Of a stretch of DNA of 49,352 nucleotides, positions 15,984 to 24,642 are shown one piece after another (the first letter of the stretch is position 1; the number at the start of each line of letters is the position of its first letter). Location: positions 1-49,352 of the forward strand of contig CAZHTV010000001.1 of NCBI GenBank assembly GCA_964535775.1. Reading direction: 5' to 3'. The notes beneath the pieces were generated by a model. It was given only the letters and a program-made list of their open reading frames with translations, was not told the origin of the DNA and made no database searches. The translations under genes and the position numbers were made by a program. Origin of the DNA: an uncultured Thermoplasmata archaeon. Lineage in GTDB: Archaea; Thermoplasmatota; Thermoplasmata; UBA10834.

Positions 15984-17702
15984 GTGCGCTTCGAGATATT
16001 GGAACGGGACGGCCTGGCCAGGATCGGCCGGCTGGAGGTCGGCGACGAGACCCACACGACCCCGGCGATCGGCTTCGTCCAGGCCGCTCGATACAGGGCT
16101 CCAGAAGGGGCCCTGAAGGTATCACTGGCCAAGGACGCCTCTGCTCGAGGTATCCTTGTTGAGGACTCCGTCTTTGAGAGCGATGCGGGCACTCGCTCGG
16201 AGGAGGCCTTGCTGAGGCCGGGTTCGCGCAGCTCGCCATATTGTGATGACAAGGGAGAGTCGGGCCTGCTCATTCCAGGGGAAACCGCACCGATGCTCCT
16301 CGACTCGGATGTCTTCGTCGAGCGCATCGCGCAGGCCAAGAAGGGGGCAAGCATCCTGCGGCCGATGTACTGCTCGGTCGCGGGACTTCCACACAGGCTT
16401 GCGTTCCTGGCCTACTGCGGCTTCGACGTCTTCGATTCGATCCCGCTGATAATGGCGGCGGAGAACAGGAGCTATCTGACGAGCACCGGCGTCCTGGATC
16501 ACGCAAGAGTGAAGGAGCTTCCGTGTTCGTGTCCTGCCTGCTCATCCGGCAAGAGAGACAAAGAGGCGCTGCTTGAGCACAACTACACGGAAGCGCAGAA
16601 CGAGCTTAGGCTTGTCCGGCACTCGATCTCAGAAGGGAGGCTCAGGGAGTTGGTCGAGAACAGGATCCGAACTGACCCGTGGCTCGTGCAGAACCTGCGC
16701 CTCATGGACCTCAAGCAGTTCGACCTGCAGGAGCGGCATTTCCCAGTCAAAGGCGTCCGGTTCCATGCGGGCTCGAAGGAATCGCTCACCAGGCCGGACG
16801 TCGTGAGATGGAGGAGAAGGCTGAAGGAGAGATACGTCAAGCCCAGCGGGGCCAAGATCCTGCTCCTGATACCGTGCTCCGCGAGGAAACCCTATTCCAT
16901 GTCGAGAACGCACAGACGCTTCAGGGAGGCTGTACGGGCAAGCGGAAGAGCCTCCTTGGTCCACGAAGTCATAGTCACGTCTCCGCTCGGCATCGTGCCG
17001 CGCGAGCTGGAGCTGTTCTATCCGGCGAAGGACTACGACATACCGGTCACGGGGCACTGGGACTCGGACGAGAAGCAGATGGTCAAGGACATGGTGAGAT
17101 GGCTGGTGGAGACCCAAGGATACGATTCCATAGTGTCCCACCTGGGCGACGAGCGGGAGCCGGTGAGGGAGGTACTGGGCGAGCACGTCGACACGTCCGA
17201 CGGGAGGCCTTCGTCCAACGAAAGTCTCGAACATCTCACTGCCGCACTCCGGGAACTCGGCCTCGAGAACTCAGATTCATCGACCCAGGCGAGGAGGATT
17301 GAAGATGTCCGCGCTCTCTGCGTCTTCCAGTTCGGGAGAGCGGGCAACGCGCTCTTCGATCGGGTGACTCTCACGGGCAAATGGCCGAACCTGCGGATGA
17401 TCAGGGAAGGGGAGCAGCTGGGCATGCTCACCGGGGAGAGGGGGATGGTTTCGCTTACGATCGCCGGAGCACGTGTGCTCGCGCAGGAGAGCGCCTACTG
17501 GGTGGAGATAGACGACTTCCTCCCCAAAGGGAACCTGTTCGCTGTCGGGGTCGAGAAAGCGAGTCCCGAAGTAAGAATAGGAGATGATGTCGCTGTTACC
17601 CACAGAGGCGAGGTGAGAGCGGTCGGCGTTGCGAGGATGACAGCTGAGGAAATGGAACTGGCGGAGAGGGGAGAGGCGGTCCACATAAGGCATGTGGCCT
17701 GA
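15984..17702 (+). CDS. arcS: Archaeosine synthase (tRNA-guanine transglycosylase-like, with C-terminal PUA domain)
   Basis: 'MRFEILERDGLARIG' TGT-like N-terminus and Zn motif 'CSCPAC'. 'PCSARKPYSMSRTH' matches the PCx3KPYx2Sx2H signature reported for ArcS. PUA-like C-terminus. GTG start. Confidence 0.9.
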   Translation: MRFEILERDGLARIGRLEVGDETHTTPAIGFVQAARYRAPEGALKVSLAKDASARGILVEDSVFESDAGTRSEEALLRPGSRSSPYCDDKGESGLLIPGETAPMLLDSDVFVERIAQAKKGASILRPMYCSVAGLPHRLAFLAYCGFDVFDSIPLIMAAENRSYLTSTGVLDHARVKELPCSCPACSSGKRDKEALLEHNYTEAQNELRLVRHSISEGRLRELVENRIRTDPWLVQNLRLMDLKQFDLQERHFPVKGVRFHAGSKESLTRPDVVRWRRRLKERYVKPSGAKILLLIPCSARKPYSMSRTHRRFREAVRASGRASLVHEVIVTSPLGIVPRELELFYPAKDYDIPVTGHWDSDEKQMVKDMVRWLVETQGYDSIVSHLGDEREPVREVLGEHVDTSDGRPSSNESLEHLTAALRELGLENSDSSTQARRIEDVRALCVFQFGRAGNALFDRVTLTGKWPNLRMIREGEQLGMLTGERGMVSLTIAGARVLAQESAYWVEIDDFLPKGNLFAVGVEKASPEVRIGDDVAVTHRGEVRAVGVARMTAEEMELAERGEAVHIRHVA

Positions 17703-17897
17703 CCCCCAAGTTTCACACTGAGGACCACTTTCGCGGACCTCCCCCTATCATCTTATTGACCCCGGTTTCCCGTAGAGTGCATGCCGAAGGTGAGACGAAT
17801 GGTGGACGCCGACCATTACAGCTGGGAGGAGGTATACGACCTCCTTGGATGCGAGCCCGAGATCGAGCCCGCAACTGACTGTTAACGACCATCCCGG

Positions 17898-17927
17898 ATA
17901 GGTAGGAGTCATGCTCCCCTACCTATC
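17898..17927 (+). other. Imperfect hairpin GATAGGTAGG(AG)-TCATG-(CT)CC-CCTACCTATC in a 410-bp non-coding gap
   Basis: 10-bp perfect arms plus 2 extra pairs across a 2-nt bulge, read directly. It sits 12 nt after a 34-codon mini-ORF (17781..17885). Confidence 0.4.
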
Positions 17928-18115
17928 AACCCCCTCATTCAATCCTGTCCGGGAATTGTGTGCGACGAGCGCGAACCCATCCAGACCGCGAAACAATTAT
18001 AACGCATAGCGGATATGCCCAACCGTCAGGGAAAAGGGATGGGATAGGCAGTCACATCTCACACGCGTGCGCGAGTGCCTGCAATCCTTGGGCAGTACCT
18101 GAGTCAGGGAACCCG

Positions 18116-18580
18116 ATGTTCGGAGAGAGGAGGAGACTCGATACTCCTGCCAACCTGTCAGGCGGCACGACCACCGAATCGGCCCTACGGCAGAGCAGAC
18201 ACGCAGGCAGGGTGTTCGTTGTCGATGACCAGGATTTCATCCGGGAACTGTACAAGGACGTCTTCGAATCGAGAGGGTTCACGGTCTTCTCGGCCAGGAG
18301 CGGAGAGGAGGCCGTCAGGATATTCCAGACGATGAAGTCCAGGCCGGACGCGATCATAATGGACCACAGGATGCAGGGCAAGGACGGCATCCAGACAACG
18401 AAGGAGATACTCCGCATGGCCCCCAGCATGCCCATCATATTCTCGAGCGCGGACGAGTCGGTGAGGGAGCAGGCGCTCGAGGCGGGAGCGGTTTCTTTCT
18501 GGGCAAAGCCCTTCCCCGTCAGCCTCTTAGCGGATGCGATGGTGGACCTGCTCAGGGCGAGGCGCACGCAACAGCTCTAG
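18116..18580 (+). CDS. Stand-alone CheY-like response regulator receiver protein
   Basis: 'RVFVVDDQD', phospho-acceptor context 'AIIMDHRMQGKDG', 'IIFSSAD' and 'FWAKPF'. The start is uncertain (the ATG at 18116 was chosen; the track ORF opens at 17960). Confidence 0.82.
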   Translation: MFGERRRLDTPANLSGGTTTESALRQSRHAGRVFVVDDQDFIRELYKDVFESRGFTVFSARSGEEAVRIFQTMKSRPDAIIMDHRMQGKDGIQTTKEILRMAPSMPIIFSSADESVREQALEAGAVSFWAKPFPVSLLADAMVDLLRARRTQQL

Positions 18581-18583
18581 CGG

Positions 18584-19621
18584 CTAGCTGATCCTGTATC
18601 TCAGTATCGCGGCGACCCCTCCAAGCGACTCGAGCCGCCTCCCTGCCTCATGCATGGAGCTGACCACGACGAACTCCCCTTTCGATTCCTCGACCAGCCT
18701 GAGCACACTCTCTGACGAATGCGTCCTCACCTTGGTGTCGAGCACGAGCAGGGTCGCAACGGCCCCTGACTGAGCGGCCTCCATGACCTGCTGATCGCCG
18801 TACGCGAACATGCCTCCCTTGCCTATCTCGGCGAAGAGCTGCTCCATCAACCTCGTCTCCCTGGCCACCCGGGTCTCCTCGAGGAACTTCCCGCCGACCC
18901 CCCGCTTCATCAACTCGTGAATGCCAGCCATGCCCGCCTGGCCGGTGTGCTGCACCGAGACGGATGCGGACAGCCCAGGGGCCTTCTCTCTCAGCCTCCT
19001 GGCCAGCGCCTCCTTCAGGAACCCCGGGCCCAGGATGATCAGAGGCTCTCCCTTGAGCAACAGCTTGAGCTTCTCCACGACGGCTTCGAGGAACTCCTCC
19101 TCGTTCGGTTTCGCGTCGTACATCTTACCTTGCGGGTTCCTTGTTATCGTCGCGTGCTCCTTGATCCCGTACTCGCGCACTGTGGCGATGACGGCGTCTG
19201 TGTCCTCTATAGAGACCAGGACTATCGAGGGACGCTCCGAAGAAGCCACGGCCCGCTTGATGCGGTCGAAGTGCTGTGTCTTCCACTCAGGTTTGATCAC
19301 ATTGATGGCCTCGCCCGGGCCGACGACGAGCGTGTGATGCTCTCCGAGGTCCTGGGGACCCTGCTCTATGACACCGAGCACTCTGAGTACGTCCTCGGTC
19401 TCGTGGAACTCAACCTTGCGCACCCTGAGCCCCAGGCGCATGCGGACTTTGTCGGACCGCTCAGGCCTGAGCTTGTCCGACTTCTCCTCGCCCCTCCTGT
19501 AGGTCATGGCGAAGACCATGTCTCCCTCGTCCACTAGGTTGTAGAGGTGCCAGAGGTCGTCCAGAGTCTCTGGCAGAAGCTTGATCTCATTGGCTCGGGC
19601 GTCCTGGTGAAGTATCTTCAT
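18584..19621 (-). CDS. pelA: Pelota (mRNA surveillance / ribosome rescue factor)
   Basis: 'MKILHQDARANEIKLLPETLDDLWHLYNLV' N-terminus, an eRF1-like central and C-terminal domain, 345 aa. Confidence 0.93.
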   Translation of the reverse strand: MKILHQDARANEIKLLPETLDDLWHLYNLVDEGDMVFAMTYRRGEEKSDKLRPERSDKVRMRLGLRVRKVEFHETEDVLRVLGVIEQGPQDLGEHHTLVVGPGEAINVIKPEWKTQHFDRIKRAVASSERPSIVLVSIEDTDAVIATVREYGIKEHATITRNPQGKMYDAKPNEEEFLEAVVEKLKLLLKGEPLIILGPGFLKEALARRLREKAPGLSASVSVQHTGQAGMAGIHELMKRGVGGKFLEETRVARETRLMEQLFAEIGKGGMFAYGDQQVMEAAQSGAVATLLVLDTKVRTHSSESVLRLVEESKGEFVVVSSMHEAGRRLESLGGVAAILRYRIS

Positions 19622-19747
19622 CTGTCCCGCCGCATGGATGAACGTGGCCTGATATCAAGTCATCGAGGCGCCAAGCCTGCGCGAGAAAGTAATATATGCT
19701 CGCCAGTTAATCACAATGCAGCCTGTCAGAGGGAGAGCTAGACGAGC

Positions 19748-20107
19748 ATGGTCGAATACTTGGCGCTAGAAGAGGTCTTGGATGAGATCCGCTCGATCCC
19801 TTCCGTATACGAGGCGACCGTCGTCTCGAGAAGCGGCATGCACATTGCGGGGGACGCCCCCAAGGGCGTACACCTCGAGACCTTCGTGGCCATGTCCGCG
19901 ATACTGTTGGGAGCTGCGGAGACCGCGACCGCCGAGCTCAAGGACAGGCTGCAGAATGTCTCGATCGAGCTGACGAGGGGCAGGATGGTTCTTGTGAGCG
20001 CTGGAAGCAGGGCGCTGCTGGTCCTGACCGCTTCGAAGGACATCTCCGCGGCAGACCTCGCTGCGAAGGCCAAGGAGTTCGCCGCAAAGGTCGAGAACAA
20101 GATCTGA
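19748..20107 (+). CDS. Roadblock/LC7 domain protein
   Basis: ~119 aa. 'LEEVLDEIRSIPSVYEATVVSRSGMHIAG' and 'AMSAILLGAAETATAEL' are typical of Robl/LC7/MglB-like proteins. Confidence 0.8.
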   Translation: MVEYLALEEVLDEIRSIPSVYEATVVSRSGMHIAGDAPKGVHLETFVAMSAILLGAAETATAELKDRLQNVSIELTRGRMVLVSAGSRALLVLTASKDISAADLAAKAKEFAAKVENKI

Positions 20108-20116
20108 GTGCCGCCT

Positions 20117-20779
20117 TCAGAGCCTTCTGAGATCTCCCCTGAGCCATTCTACAAGGGTCTCGGTGGAGTACGCGATGCCCTCCTTCAAGGATCTGCTTCT
20201 CCCACCAATGCTCCCGCTTCCCTTCCTCATCGCCTCGAGGACTTCCTCCTCGCTGCCACAGCCCTCGATGACGCAGTAGGCCTTGCCGATCTGGTCAAGA
20301 GAATGCGCGTCGCTCCCGGCTGTCATAGGCGAGCGCTTCTCCTCGGCCACTCTTCTGGCGAGGGCGTTGCTGCGCCTCGATGAGCCACCGTTCAGAACCT
20401 CGATGGCATCGAAGGGCGCATCCCGCGCCAGCTTCAGCCCGATACCGGACGGGAACCTCTTGGGGTGCGCGGCCACCGCGACTCCACCCAGGGAATGTAC
20501 CCTCTCGATAGTATCTGCTACCGGGAGGCCCCTGGGAACCGGCTCGCGCACGCCGTATGCGAGCATGTGGCCTTCCTGCGCGGAAACCTCGACCGCCCTG
20601 ACAGCGATAAGCCCCTGCTCCTTCGCGAGCTCGTATGCGTGCATGGAACCTTCGATGGAGTTGTGGTCCGTCACCGCAAAGCCACCAAGGCCTAGCTTGA
20701 CGCATCTGCCCACAACGTCCTTCGGCGCGCCGGACGCGTCCCTCGAATATGATGAGTGTATGTGCAGGTCTATCTTCAT
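20117..20779 (-). CDS. PHP-domain metal-dependent phosphoesterase
   Basis: His-rich PHP motifs 'DLHIHSSYSRDA', 'AVTDHNS', 'EGHMLAYG', 'VAAHP' and 'GSDAHS'. The ATG overlaps the metG TGA (ATGA). Confidence 0.82.
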   Translation of the reverse strand: MKIDLHIHSSYSRDASGAPKDVVGRCVKLGLGGFAVTDHNSIEGSMHAYELAKEQGLIAVRAVEVSAQEGHMLAYGVREPVPRGLPVADTIERVHSLGGVAVAAHPKRFPSGIGLKLARDAPFDAIEVLNGGSSRRSNALARRVAEEKRSPMTAGSDAHSLDQIGKAYCVIEGCGSEEEVLEAMRKGSGSIGGRSRSLKEGIAYSTETLVEWLRGDLRRL

Positions 20780-22983
20780 CGTATCTTCGCACCGGCTGGG
20801 ATGTCGGTGTCGAAGACGATCCTGACGTCCTCAGGACCGTGCAACACCAAGGCCTTGTCCCCTTTCACGAACACCGCGTACAGTCTGCCCGCATCGGGCC
20901 TGACCTCCGCGCACTTCACCTTCCTCGAGCCGAGGTCCAGCATCGCCGGGTCGCCCTCCAGCCCGGTGCCGGCCCTCATCTCCAGTTTCTGGAACTCCTT
21001 GAAGCTCAGCTGCCTCTTCCCCGGGTCCATGCCGCTGGCGATCTGGGTCCCCGCGGGGAGATCCCTCTCCGGCGTCAGCAGGGAGAGCTTCTTGCCCTCC
21101 TCCGCTGCCAGCAGCATCCCCTCGGACTTGACGCCTCTTATCGTCGCGGGCTCGAGGTTTGTGACGACCACCAAGGTCTTCGTCTTGAGCTGCTCCGCGG
21201 TGTAGAACTCCTTGAGGCCGCTTATCATGGTAATAGGCCTCCCGATGTCGACCTTCATCATGTACAACTTGTCCGCGTTCGGATGGACGGACACATCGAT
21301 CACCTTGCCGATCTTCAGGTCGAGGGCGGCGAACTCCTGGAAGTCGCCTCCCGACTTCACCTCCACCTTGGCGAACTGCGGGGCCGGTTTCTCCATCTTC
21401 TCCCCTTCCCTCAGCGGCATCTCGATGCCTTTCCATCCCGTCTCCTCTATCGTGCCCTCGAGCCGGAGCTGCTTCCAGACGCTCTCAGAAGAGAGAGGCA
21501 GGAACGGCCAGGCCATGACGGCCAGGGCTTTCGAGATCAAGAGGCTGATGTGCAGAACCGTGCCGCACCTTGCCTTGTCCGTGCCGACCAGCGACCACGG
21601 AGCGACCGAGTCGAAGTACTGGTTACCGAGCTGCGCCAGGTCCATGATCGTCTTCATGGCGCGCTTGAACTCGCAGCCCGAGAGCGCCTCCCTGACCTCG
21701 ACGGCCGAATCCGACACCCTCTTCAACGCAGCCCTGTCCCCGTCGTCGAGGGCGCCCTTCACGGGTATCTCGCCGAAGTTCTTGAAGGTGAACGAGAGCG
21801 CCCTGTGCAGGAAGTTGCCGTAGGTGGCCACGAGCTCGTTGTTGGTCCTTGCCGCGAAGTCCTCCCATGAGAACTCTGAATCCTTCATCTCCGGCATGTT
21901 GGCTGCGAGGTAGTACCTGACTATGTCCGGCCTGAACTTGGCCAGCATGTCCGGGATGTCGATGCTCACGCCCATGCTCTTCGAGAACTTCTGGCCTTCC
22001 AGCGTCATGAACTGGTTCGCGGGCACATCGTAGGGCAGGTTCAGGCCACCATATCCCAACAGCATCGCCGGCCAGATTATCGTGTGGAACACGATGTTGT
22101 CCTTCCCCAGGAAGTAGTAGCTCTTGCACTCGGGGTCAGTCCAGAACCTCCTCCAATCATCGGGCCTGTTCTCCAACCTCGCCCACTCGACCGATGCGGA
22201 CAGGTACCCGATGACGGCCTCGAACCAGACATATATCCTCTTGTCGTCGAACCCGTTGACAGGGACGGGGACGCCCCACGAGATGTCCCGGGTGATCGGC
22301 CGGTCGGCAAGGCCCTCTTTCAACACATTGAGCGTGAACGCGCGCACGTGCGGGCGCCAATGTCCGCTGGCCTCGGCATACTGTACGAGCTGGTCGGTGA
22401 AGTGAGAGAGCTTCAGGAAGAAATGCTCGGTCTCCCTGAGCTCGGGCACCCTCCCGCAGAGCTGACACTTGGCATCCATCAGCTCCTCGGCGTTCAGGTC
22501 CTTTCCGCAGGAGTCGCACTGGTCTCCCCTCGCACGTTCGTAGCCGCAGTGAGGGCACTTCCCCTCGACATATCTGTCCGGCAGGAAGCGGCTACACCTG
22601 TCGCAGTAGAATTGGGGCGTGGATTTCCTATCAAGATGGCCCTCCTCGAGGAGCCTGACGAAGACATCCTGAGTGACGAGCTCATGGTTGTGCGTGTGCG
22701 TGCTAGTGTACAGGTCGAAGGCGATGCCCAGGTCGGCTATGGCCTTGGAGTTGAGGGCATGGTATCTGTTTGCGATCGTCTCGGGAGACACCTTCTCCTT
22801 GTCCGCGCTGACCGTGATGGGCGCGCCATGCATGTCCGAGCCCGAGACCATGAGCACCTCGTTCCCCACGAGGCGATTGAACCTTGCGAAGATGTCGGCG
22901 GGGAGCAGCGAACCCGTCACATGTCCGACATGTATCGGCCCGTTCGCATAGGGCCATGCGCAGCATACCAGCACTCTGGGCAT
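20776..22983 (-). CDS. metG: Methionyl-tRNA synthetase with a C-terminal tRNA-binding (Trbp111/EMAP-like) domain and an extra C-terminal module
   Basis: HIGH-type 'YANGPIHVGH', KMSKS-type 'KFSKSMG', Zn knuckles 'CDRC...CPHC...CDSC' and 'LDLKIGKVIDVSVHPNADKLY'. Start moved to the ATG at 22983 (MPRVLV). Confidence 0.95.
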   Translation of the reverse strand: MPRVLVCCAWPYANGPIHVGHVTGSLLPADIFARFNRLVGNEVLMVSGSDMHGAPITVSADKEKVSPETIANRYHALNSKAIADLGIAFDLYTSTHTHNHELVTQDVFVRLLEEGHLDRKSTPQFYCDRCSRFLPDRYVEGKCPHCGYERARGDQCDSCGKDLNAEELMDAKCQLCGRVPELRETEHFFLKLSHFTDQLVQYAEASGHWRPHVRAFTLNVLKEGLADRPITRDISWGVPVPVNGFDDKRIYVWFEAVIGYLSASVEWARLENRPDDWRRFWTDPECKSYYFLGKDNIVFHTIIWPAMLLGYGGLNLPYDVPANQFMTLEGQKFSKSMGVSIDIPDMLAKFRPDIVRYYLAANMPEMKDSEFSWEDFAARTNNELVATYGNFLHRALSFTFKNFGEIPVKGALDDGDRAALKRVSDSAVEVREALSGCEFKRAMKTIMDLAQLGNQYFDSVAPWSLVGTDKARCGTVLHISLLISKALAVMAWPFLPLSSESVWKQLRLEGTIEETGWKGIEMPLREGEKMEKPAPQFAKVEVKSGGDFQEFAALDLKIGKVIDVSVHPNADKLYMMKVDIGRPITMISGLKEFYTAEQLKTKTLVVVTNLEPATIRGVKSEGMLLAAEEGKKLSLLTPERDLPAGTQIASGMDPGKRQLSFKEFQKLEMRAGTGLEGDPAMLDLGSRKVKCAEVRPDAGRLYAVFVKGDKALVLHGPEDVRIVFDTDIPAGAKIR

Positions 22984-23099
22984 CTTGAACAGCCGCCCAC
23001 CATAGAGCGTGGCGCACTTAAATGTAGCGCGCTCCAGACCCTCCCTGCCAGAGACCAGAAGGCACAACGAATATCAACGATGACTACAATTATCGCTCC

Positions 23100-24608
23100 A
23101 TGGCCTCCCTCACCGTGGAGCACCTCCGGGGAGATTTGGAGCCCTTCGAGAGCGAGCTGATGGAGGAGTTCTACCGCAACTACGCTGGGCTCAAGGAGGA
23201 AATGTCCACCGCTGCCATCTACGGGAAGTACTGCCATCTTTTCTCGGATGAATCGATCGGTGCGGTGAGGAGTGCGGCCGAGGGTGCGGAGGCGGAGGGC
23301 TCAGAGGACTTCAGATGGCTGAGGTATCTGCGCTCGTTCTCGACCAACGGATACATGGACAACCTCGTGAAGCACCTGACAGACAGGGCACAGACCTTCG
23401 AGGCGCAGTCCTCGGTGCAATGCGACGGGGAGACAGTGCCCTACCGGATGGTGCCCGTGAAGCTCCGGAACGAGTCCGATGCCGACAGGCGCAGACGGCT
23501 CTTCGAGGCCAAGCTCGGGGAGACGGAGAAGCTCAACACCCTGCTCCTGGAAAGGATGGAGAAGCTGCACAGCCTCTCAGAGACGCTCGGGTTCAAGAAC
23601 TACTGCGACCTGTGCTCCTCGCTCAAGGGCATAGACTACCGGGCCCTCGAGTCTGAGATGCAGGAGCTGATCAAGAAGACCGATGAGCTCTACGTCCGTG
23701 AGATGGACCAGTTGCTGCAGGGCCGCGCCGGGCTGTCTTTGGCCGACGCCTGGAGCTACGACATCCCGTTCGCGTTCAGGGGTGAGGAGTACGACAAGTA
23801 CTTCGGGAAGGGCGAGCTCATCGGGGCGTTCTTCAAGACGCTCAAGGGCATGGGCCTGGATCCAGAGAAGTACTCCAACATAGAGGTCGACATGGAGGAG
23901 AGGCCCAAGAAGTCCCCGAGGGCTTTCTGTGCGCCCATCAAGGTGCCGCAGATGATCAAGCTCGTGATAATGCCATCAGGAGGCTGGAGGGACTACGAGT
24001 CGTTCTTCCACGAGGGCGGTCACGCGTGGCATTTCGGGAACACCAAGGAGGATCTGCCGGCTGAGTATCGCTACCTCGGGGACAACTCGGTAACGGAGTC
24101 CTTCGCGTTCCTGTTCGACTACCTCACCACGAATCCCCTCTGGCTCAAGGAGGTCCTCGGGATGGACGACCCGGCCGGATATGTCAGGTTCGCCCTCGTG
24201 AACAAGCTCATGTTCCTCCGCAGGTACGGTTCGAAGCTGATCTACGAGCTGAAGCTGCACAATGCGCATATCACCCCCGAGTTCCAGGATGTCTACAGGA
24301 CCACCCTCCAGAAGTCCCTGAGGTTCAGGCACGCGGAGAAGCACTACCTCGAGGACGTGGACGACGCCTTCTACTGCGCCGAGTACCTCAGGGCCTGGAT
24401 ACTGGAGGCGCAGGTGAGGGCCGCGCTCCAGGAGAGGTTCGGGGAGGCCTGGTTCGCGAACGACAAGGCAGGTGAGTACCTCAGAGAGCTATGGTCGTAC
24501 GGCCAGAAGTACACCGCGGACGAGATCGTGAAGACCGTCGGCTATGCGGACCTCGATATCGAGCCCCTGGCGAAGGAGATCGAGCTGGGGCTGAGTGACC
24601 AGAGCTGA
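23100..24608 (+). CDS. Zinc metallopeptidase, M3/oligoendopeptidase-F-like
   Basis: HExxH 'FHEGGHAWH' in the C-terminal half of a ~500-aa soluble, largely helical-looking protein. The family assignment is tentative. Confidence 0.6.
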   Translation: MASLTVEHLRGDLEPFESELMEEFYRNYAGLKEEMSTAAIYGKYCHLFSDESIGAVRSAAEGAEAEGSEDFRWLRYLRSFSTNGYMDNLVKHLTDRAQTFEAQSSVQCDGETVPYRMVPVKLRNESDADRRRRLFEAKLGETEKLNTLLLERMEKLHSLSETLGFKNYCDLCSSLKGIDYRALESEMQELIKKTDELYVREMDQLLQGRAGLSLADAWSYDIPFAFRGEEYDKYFGKGELIGAFFKTLKGMGLDPEKYSNIEVDMEERPKKSPRAFCAPIKVPQMIKLVIMPSGGWRDYESFFHEGGHAWHFGNTKEDLPAEYRYLGDNSVTESFAFLFDYLTTNPLWLKEVLGMDDPAGYVRFALVNKLMFLRRYGSKLIYELKLHNAHITPEFQDVYRTTLQKSLRFRHAEKHYLEDVDDAFYCAEYLRAWILEAQVRAALQERFGEAWFANDKAGEYLRELWSYGQKYTADEIVKTVGYADLDIEPLAKEIELGLSDQS

Positions 24609-24612
24609 TACC

Positions 24613-24620
24613 TTTTTATC
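24613..24620 (+). promoter_or_regulatory. TATA-like box TTTTTATC ~27 nt upstream of the ABCE1 ATG (leaderless candidate); the T5 run may also terminate the upstream gene
   Basis: Read directly; distance from the box centre to the ATG at 24643 is ~27 nt. Confidence 0.4.
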
Positions 24621-24642
24621 CGCCTCGCCCTTTCTACCGCCG

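Noticed and set aside
15916-17702. Treating arcS as the sixth gene and acceptor of the sulfur-relay operon
   Set aside because: Known archaeosine chemistry needs no sulfur. A 68-nt spacer with a T5 run separates arcS from the dsrF-like gene, and arcS uses its own GTG start. Adjacency alone is insufficient.
17703-18115. tRNA or other classical structured RNA gene in the large gap
   Set aside because: No GTTCRANYC T-loop, no acceptor-stem complementarity and no anticodon-arm arrangement seen by eye. Only one simple hairpin is present. It stays a low-priority finding, not a called RNA gene.
20749-23160. Long plus-strand ORFs (20749..21870, 373 aa; 22084..23160, 358 aa) antisense to metG
   Set aside because: The minus strand encodes a complete MetRS with HIGH/KMSKS motifs. 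The antisense ORFs have low-complexity R/L/H/P-rich composition.
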